Shown here piece after piece: positions 55,619 through 64,000 of a stretch of 64,000 bases of DNA (position 1 is its first letter; each line of letters begins with the position of its first letter). A program made the translations under genes and the position numbers. Source of the DNA: Planctomycetota bacterium (GTDB lineage Bacteria > Planctomycetota > Phycisphaerae > Sedimentisphaerales > Anaerohalosphaeraceae); the NCBI GenBank assembly GCA_013349435.1, contig DUZQ01000001.1, positions 25,877 through 89,876 on the forward strand, read 5' to 3'. The notes under the pieces were generated by a model. It saw nothing but the letters and a program-made list of their open reading frames with translations. It had not been told where the DNA came from and did not search any database.

Positions 55619-56866
55619 ATGTGGGAACAAATAAGAGCAAATAAGAGGAACTCAATTATCCTTCTGGTATTGATGGCTGTTTGCCTGATGGTGGTCGGTT
55701 ACGTCATCGGAATAGCATTTGCCGGGCCGGACGCCGGGTTCTTCGGCATAATAATCGCTACGGCCATCTGGCTGGTGCTGCTTGCGGTCAGCTTTGCGGG
55801 AGGCGACCAGATACTACTTGCCACCAGCAAGGCGGTGCCCGTTACTCATGACGTGCACCCCCAGCTATTCAACGTCGTTGAAGAGATGACCATCGCCGCA
55901 AATCTGCCCAAAATGCCCAAGGTATATATCATTAACGACCCGGCGCCGAACGCATTCGCAACCGGCAGAAAACCCGAAACGGCGTCGGTCGCGGTAACAG
56001 CGGGGCTTTTGGCAAGGCTGAATCGTGATGAGCTGCAGGGCGTTGTCGCACATGAAGTCAGCCATATCCTGCACCGCGATATACTTTTCGTTACCTTGGC
56101 GGGCATAATGCTGGGCAGCATTGTACTGATTAGCCAGGTTTTTCTGCGGGGAATGTTCTACAGCTCAATGATGGGTTCGCGCCGCAGATACTCAGGAGGT
56201 TCGTCCGGCGGCGGCCAGGCACAGGCACTGTTTATGCTTATTGCGATAATCGCGGCAATCCTGGCGCCTATCTTTGCATACCTTTTATATTTTGCACTTT
56301 CAAGGAGGCGCGAATACCTCGCCGATGCAGGCGGCGTCCGGCTTACACGCTATCCTGAAGGACTTGCATCTGCACTTGAAAAAATCGCCAACGACCCGGC
56401 CCCGCAACTGGCCTCGGCCAATAAAGTAACCGCTCCGATGTACATCGCAAACCCTCTTAAAGGTAAAAAGCAACGGAAGCTTTCCGACCTTACCAGCACC
56501 CACCCGCCCATTTCCGAGAGGGTCAGGATTTTACGCAATATGTCCCGCGGCGCTTCGTTTAAGGATTATTCCGACTCCTACAGCCAGACGGTCGGTGCCG
56601 GGTCGGTCATGCCGGCTTCGGCCCTGAAAGAATCTGAAAGTGTCGAAATCAGACACCCCGGCGAAAAACCAAAAAAGTCGATAAGCGCACAAAAGCAAAT
56701 GAGGCAGGTCGGCGACATCATGCGCAGGGTCAACCAGTTCACATTTTTGACCTGCGCATGCGGATTGCAAATGAAAATCCCGCCGAACTACAAACCAAAA
56801 AACGTCTCCTGCCCCCGCTGCAAAAGAAACCTGGAACTGCCCAAAGCCGGCGGAAAACCTCTATAG
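55619..56866 (+). CDS. htpX: M48-family HtpX-like zinc metalloprotease with a C-terminal zinc ribbon
   Basis: HEVSHILHRD (HExxH), multiple TM segments, THPPISERV, and a C-terminal CACG...CPRC. Confidence 0.85.
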   Translation: MWEQIRANKRNSIILLVLMAVCLMVVGYVIGIAFAGPDAGFFGIIIATAIWLVLLAVSFAGGDQILLATSKAVPVTHDVHPQLFNVVEEMTIAANLPKMPKVYIINDPAPNAFATGRKPETASVAVTAGLLARLNRDELQGVVAHEVSHILHRDILFVTLAGIMLGSIVLISQVFLRGMFYSSMMGSRRRYSGGSSGGGQAQALFMLIAIIAAILAPIFAYLLYFALSRRREYLADAGGVRLTRYPEGLASALEKIANDPAPQLASANKVTAPMYIANPLKGKKQRKLSDLTSTHPPISERVRILRNMSRGASFKDYSDSYSQTVGAGSVMPASALKESESVEIRHPGEKPKKSISAQKQMRQVGDIMRRVNQFTFLTCACGLQMKIPPNYKPKNVSCPRCKRNLELPKAGGKPL

Positions 56867-56879
56867 ATGTTATCTGCGA

Positions 56880-57090
56880 CAATTGTCATTTCAGCCCCGC
56901 ATCGTGGTGCGGGGTAAACTCCGTGCGGGATAAACTCAACTGGAATCCACGTCTTTCAGCTGGCAAATGGATTCCAAATCAAGCCTGCCCTGAGCAAAGC
57001 CGAATGGGTTTGGAATGACAATTCCGACGTGTCTTCCACAATGTCATTCTGAACGTAGCGCCGGCGGAGTGAAGAATCTCGGCCCTTACA
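56880..57090. repeat. mosaic intergenic repeat cluster
   Basis: Hairpin element copy 3 (56885-56948), GGATTCCAAATCAAGCC...GGAATGACA, and GTCATTCTGAACGTAGCGCCGGCGGAGTGAAGAATCTC (57043-57080). Confidence 0.85.
56885..56948 (+). repeat. ~70-nt hairpin repeat, copy 3
   Basis: GTCATTTCAGCCCCGCATCGTGGTGCGGGGTAAACTCCGTGCGGGATAAACTCAACTGGAATCC. Confidence 0.9.
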
Positions 57091-57219
57091 AATCGTTACT
57101 GAGGTTACGCCAGGCCAAAATGATTGACAGAGTGGAACCGGCCTTTTATTATAGCTGAGTTGTTTCTGACAACTTGAGTTGTAAAAAAATTTATTTACCG
57201 CCAATCAAGGAGGTTTCAA

Positions 57220-58446
57220 ATGTTGAAAAAGGCTATTGTGCTGATATATGACGGTTTGGGCGACCGGCCTGTGGATTCTTTTGGGGGATTGACACCCCTT
57301 GAGTACGCAAAGACGCCGAACTTTGACAAACTCGCAAGCCGGGCCGAGTGCGGCCTGATGCATACCCTCGGAAGAGGATTTCGGCCGGGAAGCGATACAT
57401 CCCATCTTGCAATATTCGGTTATGCACCTGCCGAGTATTATCCGGGCAGAGGGCCGATAGAAGTAGCGGGAATCGGCCTGAAGATGGCCGATGGTGATGT
57501 CGCCTTTCGCGGCAATCTCGGCACGGTGGATGAGAACATGGTCATTCAAGACAGAAGGGCCGGCCGCATTCGCGACGTCGAGCCGTTGACAAAGGCGCTC
57601 GACGGCCTCGAAATTGACGGTGTAACCCTCATCGCCAAACCGGGAACCGCCCACCGGGCAGGCGTTGTTTTGAGAGGAGAGGGTCTTTCCAGTGCCGTTA
57701 CCGATGCCGACCCCCACGAAGTGGGACAGGCCGTATGGGAAGTCAAACCTACGGATGACAGTCCCGAGGCAAAACGCACGGCCCAGATCTTAAATAAGTT
57801 CGTTGCCAAAACGCATGACGTACTTAACAAACTCGAATTTAACAAAGAGCGCCAAAGCCGCGGCGACCTGCCCGGCAACTGTCTTCTGGTTCGCGGCGCA
57901 GGCCAGTACAGAAGTTTCCCGAGTTTTAAGGAGCGGTTCGGATTCAGTGCCTGTTGCGTCGCCGGGGGCGGACTCTACAAGGGTGTCGGTGCATTTTTAG
58001 GGATGGATATTATCGATGTCCCCGGCGCAACCGCCCTTCCCGACAGCGATATAGAGGCCAAGTTCAAAACGTCTTTTAAGCAGCTTGATTCACACGACTT
58101 TATATTTATACACGTAAAGGCCGCCGATTCGCTGGGCGAGGACGGCAATCCCGAAGGCAAGGCGGAATTTATCGCCAAATGCGATAAAGCGATGGCCCTT
58201 TTCAATAATTTGCCGAAAGACACCCTGCTGGCGGTTACCGCCGACCACTCAACCCCGTGTGAGCTGAAACAGCACTCCGCCGACCCGGTGCCGGTAATGT
58301 TTTACGGCGAAGGTGTCAGGGTTGACGATGTAACCGAGTTCGGCGAGCGGGCCTGTGCGAAAGGCAGCTTAGGGCATATTGAAGGCAAAGACATTATGCC
58401 GCAGGTACAAAACCTTATGGGCCGGCTGCATCTGATAGGTGCGTAA
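57220..58446 (+). CDS. apgM: cofactor-independent phosphoglycerate mutase, archaeal-type
   Basis: 408 aa with DGLGDRP, TPNFDKLA, GSDTSHLAIFGY and ADHSTP motifs. AGGAGG SD. Confidence 0.85.
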   Translation: MLKKAIVLIYDGLGDRPVDSFGGLTPLEYAKTPNFDKLASRAECGLMHTLGRGFRPGSDTSHLAIFGYAPAEYYPGRGPIEVAGIGLKMADGDVAFRGNLGTVDENMVIQDRRAGRIRDVEPLTKALDGLEIDGVTLIAKPGTAHRAGVVLRGEGLSSAVTDADPHEVGQAVWEVKPTDDSPEAKRTAQILNKFVAKTHDVLNKLEFNKERQSRGDLPGNCLLVRGAGQYRSFPSFKERFGFSACCVAGGGLYKGVGAFLGMDIIDVPGATALPDSDIEAKFKTSFKQLDSHDFIFIHVKAADSLGEDGNPEGKAEFIAKCDKAMALFNNLPKDTLLAVTADHSTPCELKQHSADPVPVMFYGEGVRVDDVTEFGERACAKGSLGHIEGKDIMPQVQNLMGRLHLIGA

Positions 58447-58488
58447 TCATAACTCGTAAAAAACTTTCACAGCCGAGGGAGAGACTCG

Positions 58489-60300
58489 ATGCCAAAGATA
58501 GTCGTCCTTGACGACAATATGGTCAATATGATAGCGGCCGGTGAGGTGATAGAAAGGCCGGCCAGTGTGGTCAAGGAGCTTGTGGAAAACAGCATCGACG
58601 CAGGCGCCGGCAGGGTCGCTGTCAATATCGAGGATGGCGGACGAAAACTCATCTCCGTTGTCGATGACGGCATGGGTATGGACGCCGAAGATTTGGCAAG
58701 GGCGTTTGAGCCGCACGCAACCAGCAAAATTGCTACAAGCGCCGACCTTCTGGGCATATCAACGATGGGCTTTCGCGGCGAGGCCCTTGCCAGCATAGCG
58801 GCGGTCGGCACGGTCGATGTCGTTACCAGAGCCGCCGACTCAATCGAGGCGAGTTGTCTTTCCATAGACTGCGGCAAGGCCGAACCGGTCAGCCCCTGCA
58901 GCGGTGATTATGGCACCACAATCGAGGTAAGAGACCTTTTCTACAAGGTGCCCGCCCGCCGCAAGTTCCTGCGAACCGCCAACACCGAGATGACGCACAT
59001 CATCGAGCGTTTCACGCGGATAGCATTAGCTCATTGCGACCTGGACATGAAACTGACACACAACGGCAGACAATTGTACCACCTTGTCCGAGGCGGCGCT
59101 ATCAGAGACAGGATTGCCCAACTGACAGGCCCGGCGATTGCCGATGATTTGATTGAACTCGAAACCGAAGAAAAGAGCATCAAAATTGCCGCTCTTTTAG
59201 GAAGGCCGACACAAACAAGAGCTAACAACAAATTACAATACGTGTTCCTTAACGGAAGATTCATCAGGGATAAATTCATCAGCCACGCCCTCAGGGAGGC
59301 ATACCGCGGCCTGATAGAACCGAATAAATTTCCGATAGTCTTTCTGTTTCTTGAGATGCCGCCGGACAGATTCGATGTAAATGTTCACCCCACCAAAATC
59401 GAGGTCCGCTTTGACAACGCAAATCTGGTACACTCGGCCGTCTTAGCCGCCTTGCGCGAAAAACTTTTGAGTATAAACTTTGAGGTAAGCGCCCGGATGC
59501 CGATTGCGACCGTAAGCCTTCACGGGGAGCAGCAAACAGGCAAAGAGGGCCAAGCCAGGCGGCAAAGAATCGCCGAAGCCATGGCCGATTTCTTCAAGCA
59601 TCATAAACCAGCCGCCGGCCCCCAGCAGCACCTCGGCTTTTCAAGTCCCACCGCTCTGAAAAGTGCCCAAAAAACCGCCCCTTCCAAGACCCAACAGGCA
59701 ATTACTCAACAACAAGACTTTGTCACCAAGCCGAAAAAGCTCCTGCAAATTCACAACAGCTACATTGTAACCGAAGCCGACGAAGGATTTGTCATCATCG
59801 ACCAGCATGCCCTGCACGAGCGGATAATTTATGAGGACCTGTGCAGGAAGTTGGCCGAGGGAAATCTCCAGTCCCAGCAGTTGCTTATGCCTGAGACCTT
59901 CGATGTAACCGGCGCCCAGGCCGAGGCGATAAATTCAAATGCACGTTTATTCGAGAAAATCGGTGTCCGGCTCGAGCCGTTCGGCCCAGGGACCATGGCG
60001 ATTCAGGCGTTTCCCTCGATGCTGGCGAAGGTAAACCGCCTCGAGTTTATCCGGGACTTGCTGGATGTGCTGACAGACACGGGTGCCGGCCTCGATGCCG
60101 AAAGAGTACTGCACGAGGCGCTCGATATGGCGGCGTGTAAGGCGGCGATTAAAGCGGGACAGGCACTTACACCAGAAGAAATGGCCCAGCTAATCGCCGA
60201 CAAGGACACCATCGAAAGGGCCGGCAGATGTCCGCACGGCAGACCCACAACGATAAAATTCACATTAGACGAGCTTCAAAAACAGTTCAAGAGAACATAG
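58489..60300 (+). CDS. mutL: DNA mismatch repair protein MutL
   Basis: IAAGEVIERPASVVKELVENSIDAGA GHKL ATPase N-terminus; the C-terminal dimerisation domain carries CPHGRP. Confidence 0.95.
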   Translation: MPKIVVLDDNMVNMIAAGEVIERPASVVKELVENSIDAGAGRVAVNIEDGGRKLISVVDDGMGMDAEDLARAFEPHATSKIATSADLLGISTMGFRGEALASIAAVGTVDVVTRAADSIEASCLSIDCGKAEPVSPCSGDYGTTIEVRDLFYKVPARRKFLRTANTEMTHIIERFTRIALAHCDLDMKLTHNGRQLYHLVRGGAIRDRIAQLTGPAIADDLIELETEEKSIKIAALLGRPTQTRANNKLQYVFLNGRFIRDKFISHALREAYRGLIEPNKFPIVFLFLEMPPDRFDVNVHPTKIEVRFDNANLVHSAVLAALREKLLSINFEVSARMPIATVSLHGEQQTGKEGQARRQRIAEAMADFFKHHKPAAGPQQHLGFSSPTALKSAQKTAPSKTQQAITQQQDFVTKPKKLLQIHNSYIVTEADEGFVIIDQHALHERIIYEDLCRKLAEGNLQSQQLLMPETFDVTGAQAEAINSNARLFEKIGVRLEPFGPGTMAIQAFPSMLAKVNRLEFIRDLLDVLTDTGAGLDAERVLHEALDMAACKAAIKAGQALTPEEMAQLIADKDTIERAGRCPHGRPTTIKFTLDELQKQFKRT

Positions 60301-60630
60301 ACCCTGAGACAATCACTTATCCGTCCTGATTTTCGGCTTAAAATCAAAGAACAATTAACCCAAGTTACGCAGTTATGAGGTTGGGTGGTGGTTTTTGATA
60401 GCGCCAAGAGTGATTTTTGCAAAAAGTATTCACTACATTTGCACTATTACGTCTATCCGCCGCAGCCGTTGCGGCAGAGTCAGGCCTAAGCGATTCAATA
60501 ATATTTTCTGTGCTTCATCCGGTGTTGTTACACAGCGGAGCCGAACAATTTTCTTTGGCCGGCCATCCCTTCTGCAAGTGGGCGAAACAACATCGCCGCT
60601 TTTGATTTTTTTGGGTTTTGTTACAGGCCG

Positions 60631-61770
60631 TTACCGCAGTTTTAGTGTTGCCAGGGCAAGGATGGCAAACGCAACGGCCAAAAGCCAGAACCTGACTACT
60701 ATTTGAGGCTCGCTCCAACCGCCCAGGTGAAAATGATGGTGGATCGGAGCGCAGCGAAAAAGCCTCCCGCCGCCGCTGTATTTGAAGTAGCCAACCTGAA
60801 TAACAACGCTGGCAAGCTCTATTACAAAAACACCCCCGATTACAAAAAGCAGTATCTCGTTTCTGCTGACCATCGCCCCATATCCCATCGCCGCACCTAA
60901 TGACAGCGACCCCACATCCCCCATAAACACCTGAGCCGGCGGACAATTATACCACAGGAATCCGACTATCGCGCCCATAATGGATGCATAGAAGATACAA
61001 AGCTCACCGGCCTGCGGTATATGCGGCAGCAGCAGATAACCCGCCCAGGTCATCGTACTCGTCCGCGACATCGTCTCAGACGCCACATAACAAAGTATAA
61101 CCAAAACCGCACAAACAATCCCCACACAGCCCGCCGCCAGACCGTCCATACCGTCGGTCAGATTGACCGCGTTGCTCGTTGCCGACATATATAAAATCGC
61201 AATAATCGCGAACATCCATCCTGCAAGCGGGATCCCGTGTTTGTAAAATGGAAGCCAGAACATCTTCGCATCGGGTATATTTGCAAAATCCGAATACAGA
61301 AAATGAGCCACAAGAACCGCACCGCCGAACTGAAACGCCAGTTTTTCCCACGGCTTCAAACCGTCTCTGGAGCGATGGCGTATCTTGCTCGTAAGTTTCA
61401 GCCAATCATCGGCAGCTCCTAAGCCACCGAACCACACAATTACGAAAAGCCCCTTATGGATAAAAGGATTGTCAAGCCTGGCCAAAAGCAGTGTGCTTAC
61501 TATAACCGCAAGCAATATTATCAGACCACCCATAGTCGGCGTGTTGGCACGCTCCTTCATCAGCTCGTTTAGTGCCGTATGGTGAAACTCCGGACGGTCC
61601 CCGATTTTTTTGGTCATCAGCCACCGGATTATCCTTGGCCCCGAAAGCTGAGCTATCGCAAAACTAACAAGAGCCGCTACTACCGCGCGAAACATCACAT
61701 CTTCATAAGCGTAGAAACCAAGCTTATATGTGAACGACTCACGCAACAACCACAATATATGGTATATCAA
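60631..61770 (-). CDS. mraY: phospho-N-acetylmuramoyl-pentapeptide transferase
   Basis: NAVNLTDGMDGLA, DDWLKL and polytopic topology; 379 aa. Confidence 0.95.
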   Translation of the reverse strand: MIYHILWLLRESFTYKLGFYAYEDVMFRAVVAALVSFAIAQLSGPRIIRWLMTKKIGDRPEFHHTALNELMKERANTPTMGGLIILLAVIVSTLLLARLDNPFIHKGLFVIVWFGGLGAADDWLKLTSKIRHRSRDGLKPWEKLAFQFGGAVLVAHFLYSDFANIPDAKMFWLPFYKHGIPLAGWMFAIIAILYMSATSNAVNLTDGMDGLAAGCVGIVCAVLVILCYVASETMSRTSTMTWAGYLLLPHIPQAGELCIFYASIMGAIVGFLWYNCPPAQVFMGDVGSLSLGAAMGYGAMVSRNEILLFVIGGVFVIELASVVIQVGYFKYSGGGRLFRCAPIHHHFHLGGWSEPQIVVRFWLLAVAFAILALATLKLR

Positions 61771-61849
61771 GTTCTAAGCTCCGACAAACCCGGACCTTCT
61801 TGCTTTTGTTGCCCGGCACCACGGAATAAAAAAAAGTGAAAGGTTCATG

Positions 61850-63217
61850 TCAAGCGTCAAATTTCTTTACGTCCAGTTTTACAACCGCTTGTTCAAGTTT
61901 CGCGCTGCGTGAACCTTTCACCAATACTATATCGTCACACCGCACGAATCTTGACAAATTATTACACAGTTCATTTGTATTTTTGAAAACAAAAATTTCA
62001 AAATCTTCCTTCCCGGCGTTTGCGCGTGCCGACTCGGCTACCACTCCGGCCAAATCTCCGCTCGCCGCAAGCACATCGACTCCGCTTTCGGCAACCATTC
62101 TGCCAAGCCGGCGGTGCAACTGTTCGCTTTGAGCACCTAATTCCGCCATCAAACCGCAGATAAACACCTTCCTTTTACCTGCGCCGAGCCTGGCCAGGCA
62201 ATCCAATGCGTTCGCCATTGATGCGGGATTGGCGTTGTAGCAATCATTGATAATCGTTATCGGACCCCTGTTGATTATCTCAAGCCGCATATCAACCGTT
62301 TCAAACGTACTTATTGCTTCGGAAAAGGACTCAAGGCCGACATCGAACTGCTTACATATCGCCCACGCCGCAAGTGCATTTGAAAGGTTTGCCACGCCCG
62401 CTAAAGGCACCTGTATTTGACTGCCTTCAATCGTCAACCTGCCGCAAATGCCTTCACTGATTAGCCCCTCTCCCCTTATATCGCAATCGCCTCCCTGCCC
62501 AAATGTTAAAAAATCCCTCTTAATAGTATCACAATACCGCACCAATCCCTCAAAATCCCCGTTTATCAGCAACTTGCCTCCCGCCTTTAATCCCTCCGCT
62601 ATCGAGGCTTTCTCCCGTATTATCGTCTCAAGATTACCAAAACCAGCGAGATGTGCAGGGTATATATTAGTTATCAACGCAATATCAGGTGCCGCGATGG
62701 AGGTAAGGGCCGATATCTGGCCCGGTGCGTTACTGCCAAGCTCGACAATCAGAATCTCATTGTTTTCATCTGCCGACAGAATTGTTAAAGGTACACCGAT
62801 AGCGTTGTTAAAGCTCTTTAGTGCCTGAACGCAGCTATAATGCCCGCTCAATACATGGTATGCCATCTGTCTTGTGGTCGTCTTGCCCGCAGAACCGGTA
62901 ATAGCAATAACCTTATAACCTATTCGGCTGCGATACCATTTGGCAAGTGTCCCTAACGCCTTTACCGTATCGGCCACCTTAAGGATGTTCTGCCCGGCCC
63001 CAACATCCCGCTCGACAACCGCACAGTCCGCACCATTTACAATCGCCTGGCTGACATAATCATGCCCGTCAAAATTCTCGCCCCTGACAGCAAAAAAGCA
63101 ATCACCCGCCCGAATCGTCCTCGAATCTATGCTTATACCTGTAATGACGGCGTTAGCACTATTGGTCGGCTCGGCTCTTATTATTTGAGCTAAGTCTTCA
63201 ATTAAAAATTCTTTCAT
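61850..63217 (-). CDS. murF: UDP-N-acetylmuramoyl-tripeptide--D-alanyl-D-alanine ligase
   Basis: ITGSAGKTTT P-loop and Mur ligase middle and C-terminal domains; located upstream of mraY. Confidence 0.9.
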   Translation of the reverse strand: MKEFLIEDLAQIIRAEPTNSANAVITGISIDSRTIRAGDCFFAVRGENFDGHDYVSQAIVNGADCAVVERDVGAGQNILKVADTVKALGTLAKWYRSRIGYKVIAITGSAGKTTTRQMAYHVLSGHYSCVQALKSFNNAIGVPLTILSADENNEILIVELGSNAPGQISALTSIAAPDIALITNIYPAHLAGFGNLETIIREKASIAEGLKAGGKLLINGDFEGLVRYCDTIKRDFLTFGQGGDCDIRGEGLISEGICGRLTIEGSQIQVPLAGVANLSNALAAWAICKQFDVGLESFSEAISTFETVDMRLEIINRGPITIINDCYNANPASMANALDCLARLGAGKRKVFICGLMAELGAQSEQLHRRLGRMVAESGVDVLAASGDLAGVVAESARANAGKEDFEIFVFKNTNELCNNLSRFVRCDDIVLVKGSRSAKLEQAVVKLDVKKFDA

Positions 63218-63292
63218 TTAAGAACGCCCAGAATCAGCTTGATTTACACAATTGTGAAACGGATTTGTCCAACTCACGCTGAACCGTACAAT

Positions 63293-63880
63293 TTATAATC
63301 TCACAAATTGCAAAAGAAGTCCGTAGTCGTTTTCATCTGCGGCAATTAACGACTCAATATACTTATTTCGATCATCTCCAGATTTTATAAGATCGGCTTT
63401 ACCCCATGTAAATGGACGCTTTTTGAAAACATATTCCAGAAGAATATCAGCCATTAATCTTGCATGCCTGCCGTTGCCGTTTGGGAATAAATGTATTGCT
63501 ACCAACCGATGGTGAAATCGAGCAGCTATTTCATCCTCAGAAAACGTCTTATTGTCTATCCAGTATTTAGCGTCATCGCACAACAGTTTCAGATCAGTGT
63601 GAATTTGATGCCAGGGAACACCAACACTTTTATCACTTTGCCTGAACTTACCAGCCCACTTCCATACATTACAGAACATTCTCCTGTGTAATGACTTAAT
63701 AAAAGACTCGTTCAGAATGTTCTTCGGCTTACGTTCTTCTATCCATGCCAGAGCCTCATTGATATTATCCTGTTCCCATCTGTCTAATTCCGCCCTTGTT
63801 GTAATATGAGTTGGAATCAATCCCTCAATTTCGTTCGGATCAAGGGGTGTCGCACCTTCTGGATAATGGAATTTCATCAT
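63293..63880 (-). CDS. Fic/DOC family protein ('mobile mystery protein B'-like)
   Basis: Fic motif HLFPNGNGRHARL. At 195 aa, the size and architecture match my recollection of mobile mystery protein B. Confidence 0.8.
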   Translation of the reverse strand: MMKFHYPEGATPLDPNEIEGLIPTHITTRAELDRWEQDNINEALAWIEERKPKNILNESFIKSLHRRMFCNVWKWAGKFRQSDKSVGVPWHQIHTDLKLLCDDAKYWIDNKTFSEDEIAARFHHRLVAIHLFPNGNGRHARLMADILLEYVFKKRPFTWGKADLIKSGDDRNKYIESLIAADENDYGLLLQFVRL

Positions 63881-64000
63881 TGCTCATCCCATAGTGATTT
63901 TGGCATTGTGCTGGTAATGTCCCCAATCAAGCTATCCAATGCTTTTTCTTTTTCATCATCGCTAAGTTCCTGCTTTTCCAACCGCATCATTTGGTTACTT
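63877..64000 (-). CDS. C-terminal end of the partner gene upstream of fic (possibly 'mobile mystery protein A'-like); partial
   Basis: My own translation gives ...SNQMMRLEKQELSDDEKEKALDSLIGDITSTMPKSLWDEQ*. The stop overlaps the fic ATG (ATGA). The family cannot be judged from 40 residues. Confidence 0.4.
   Translation of the reverse strand, partial: SNQMMRLEKQELSDDEKEKALDSLIGDITSTMPKSLWDEQ

Noticed and set aside
56758-57204. ORFs 56758..57018(+) and 56956..57204(-)
   Set aside because: They are repeat-cluster translations between htpX and apgM.

Overview
About 64 kb of densely coding bacterial chromosome, with roughly 50 CDS on both strands. All protein-family calls come from motif recognition on the supplied translations, with no searches run. 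The gene content (a PEP-CTERM protein, PSCyt-like CxxCH modules, SBBP propellers, dockerin-like modules, FGE-sulfatase and TMTC-like/TPR proteins) suggests a Planctomycetota/PVC-type organism, possibly Phycisphaerae-like; this is inference only. Housekeeping genes recognised: xylA, gdhA with a divergent LysR regulator, family-4 UDG, ahcY, archease plus rtcB, lipB-lipA, hemL, a homocysteine S-methyltransferase, apgM, mutL, mraY, murF, lemA-htpX and a STAS/anti-sigma kinase pair. Accessory content falls into four groups. (1) A block of secreted-protein genes at 25.8-41.8 kb: a beta-helix/SBBP-propeller protein, a LamG/propeller/two-CxxCH protein, a propeller fused to cytochrome-c-peroxidase, and a trio of two PilX_N-like membrane-anchored proteins around a beta-helix protein. 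This block is interrupted only by lipBA. (2) A full CPBP protease gene plus a decayed N-terminal paralog, each divergent from one of the large secreted-protein genes. (3) A four-helix-bundle (23S-rRNA-IVS/Avd family) gene bracketed by complementary heptad-repeat arms and wedged exactly between lemA and htpX. (4) A Fic ('mobile mystery protein B'-like) pair next to murF. At least seven intergenic regions are filled with mosaic hairpin-forming REP/MITE-like repeats, including a 61-nt element in three copies, a ~70-nt element in three copies and a ~190-bp TIR-bounded element. These repeats generate many spurious ORFs in the six-frame track. I saw no rRNA, tRNA, CRISPR array, transposase, integrase or reverse transcriptase. 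The best candidates for undescribed biology are the IVS-like cassette inside an mRNA operon, the orphan PilX_N-like/beta-helix trio and the secreted haem-propeller gene pair. All three need HMM, structure and comparative checks.
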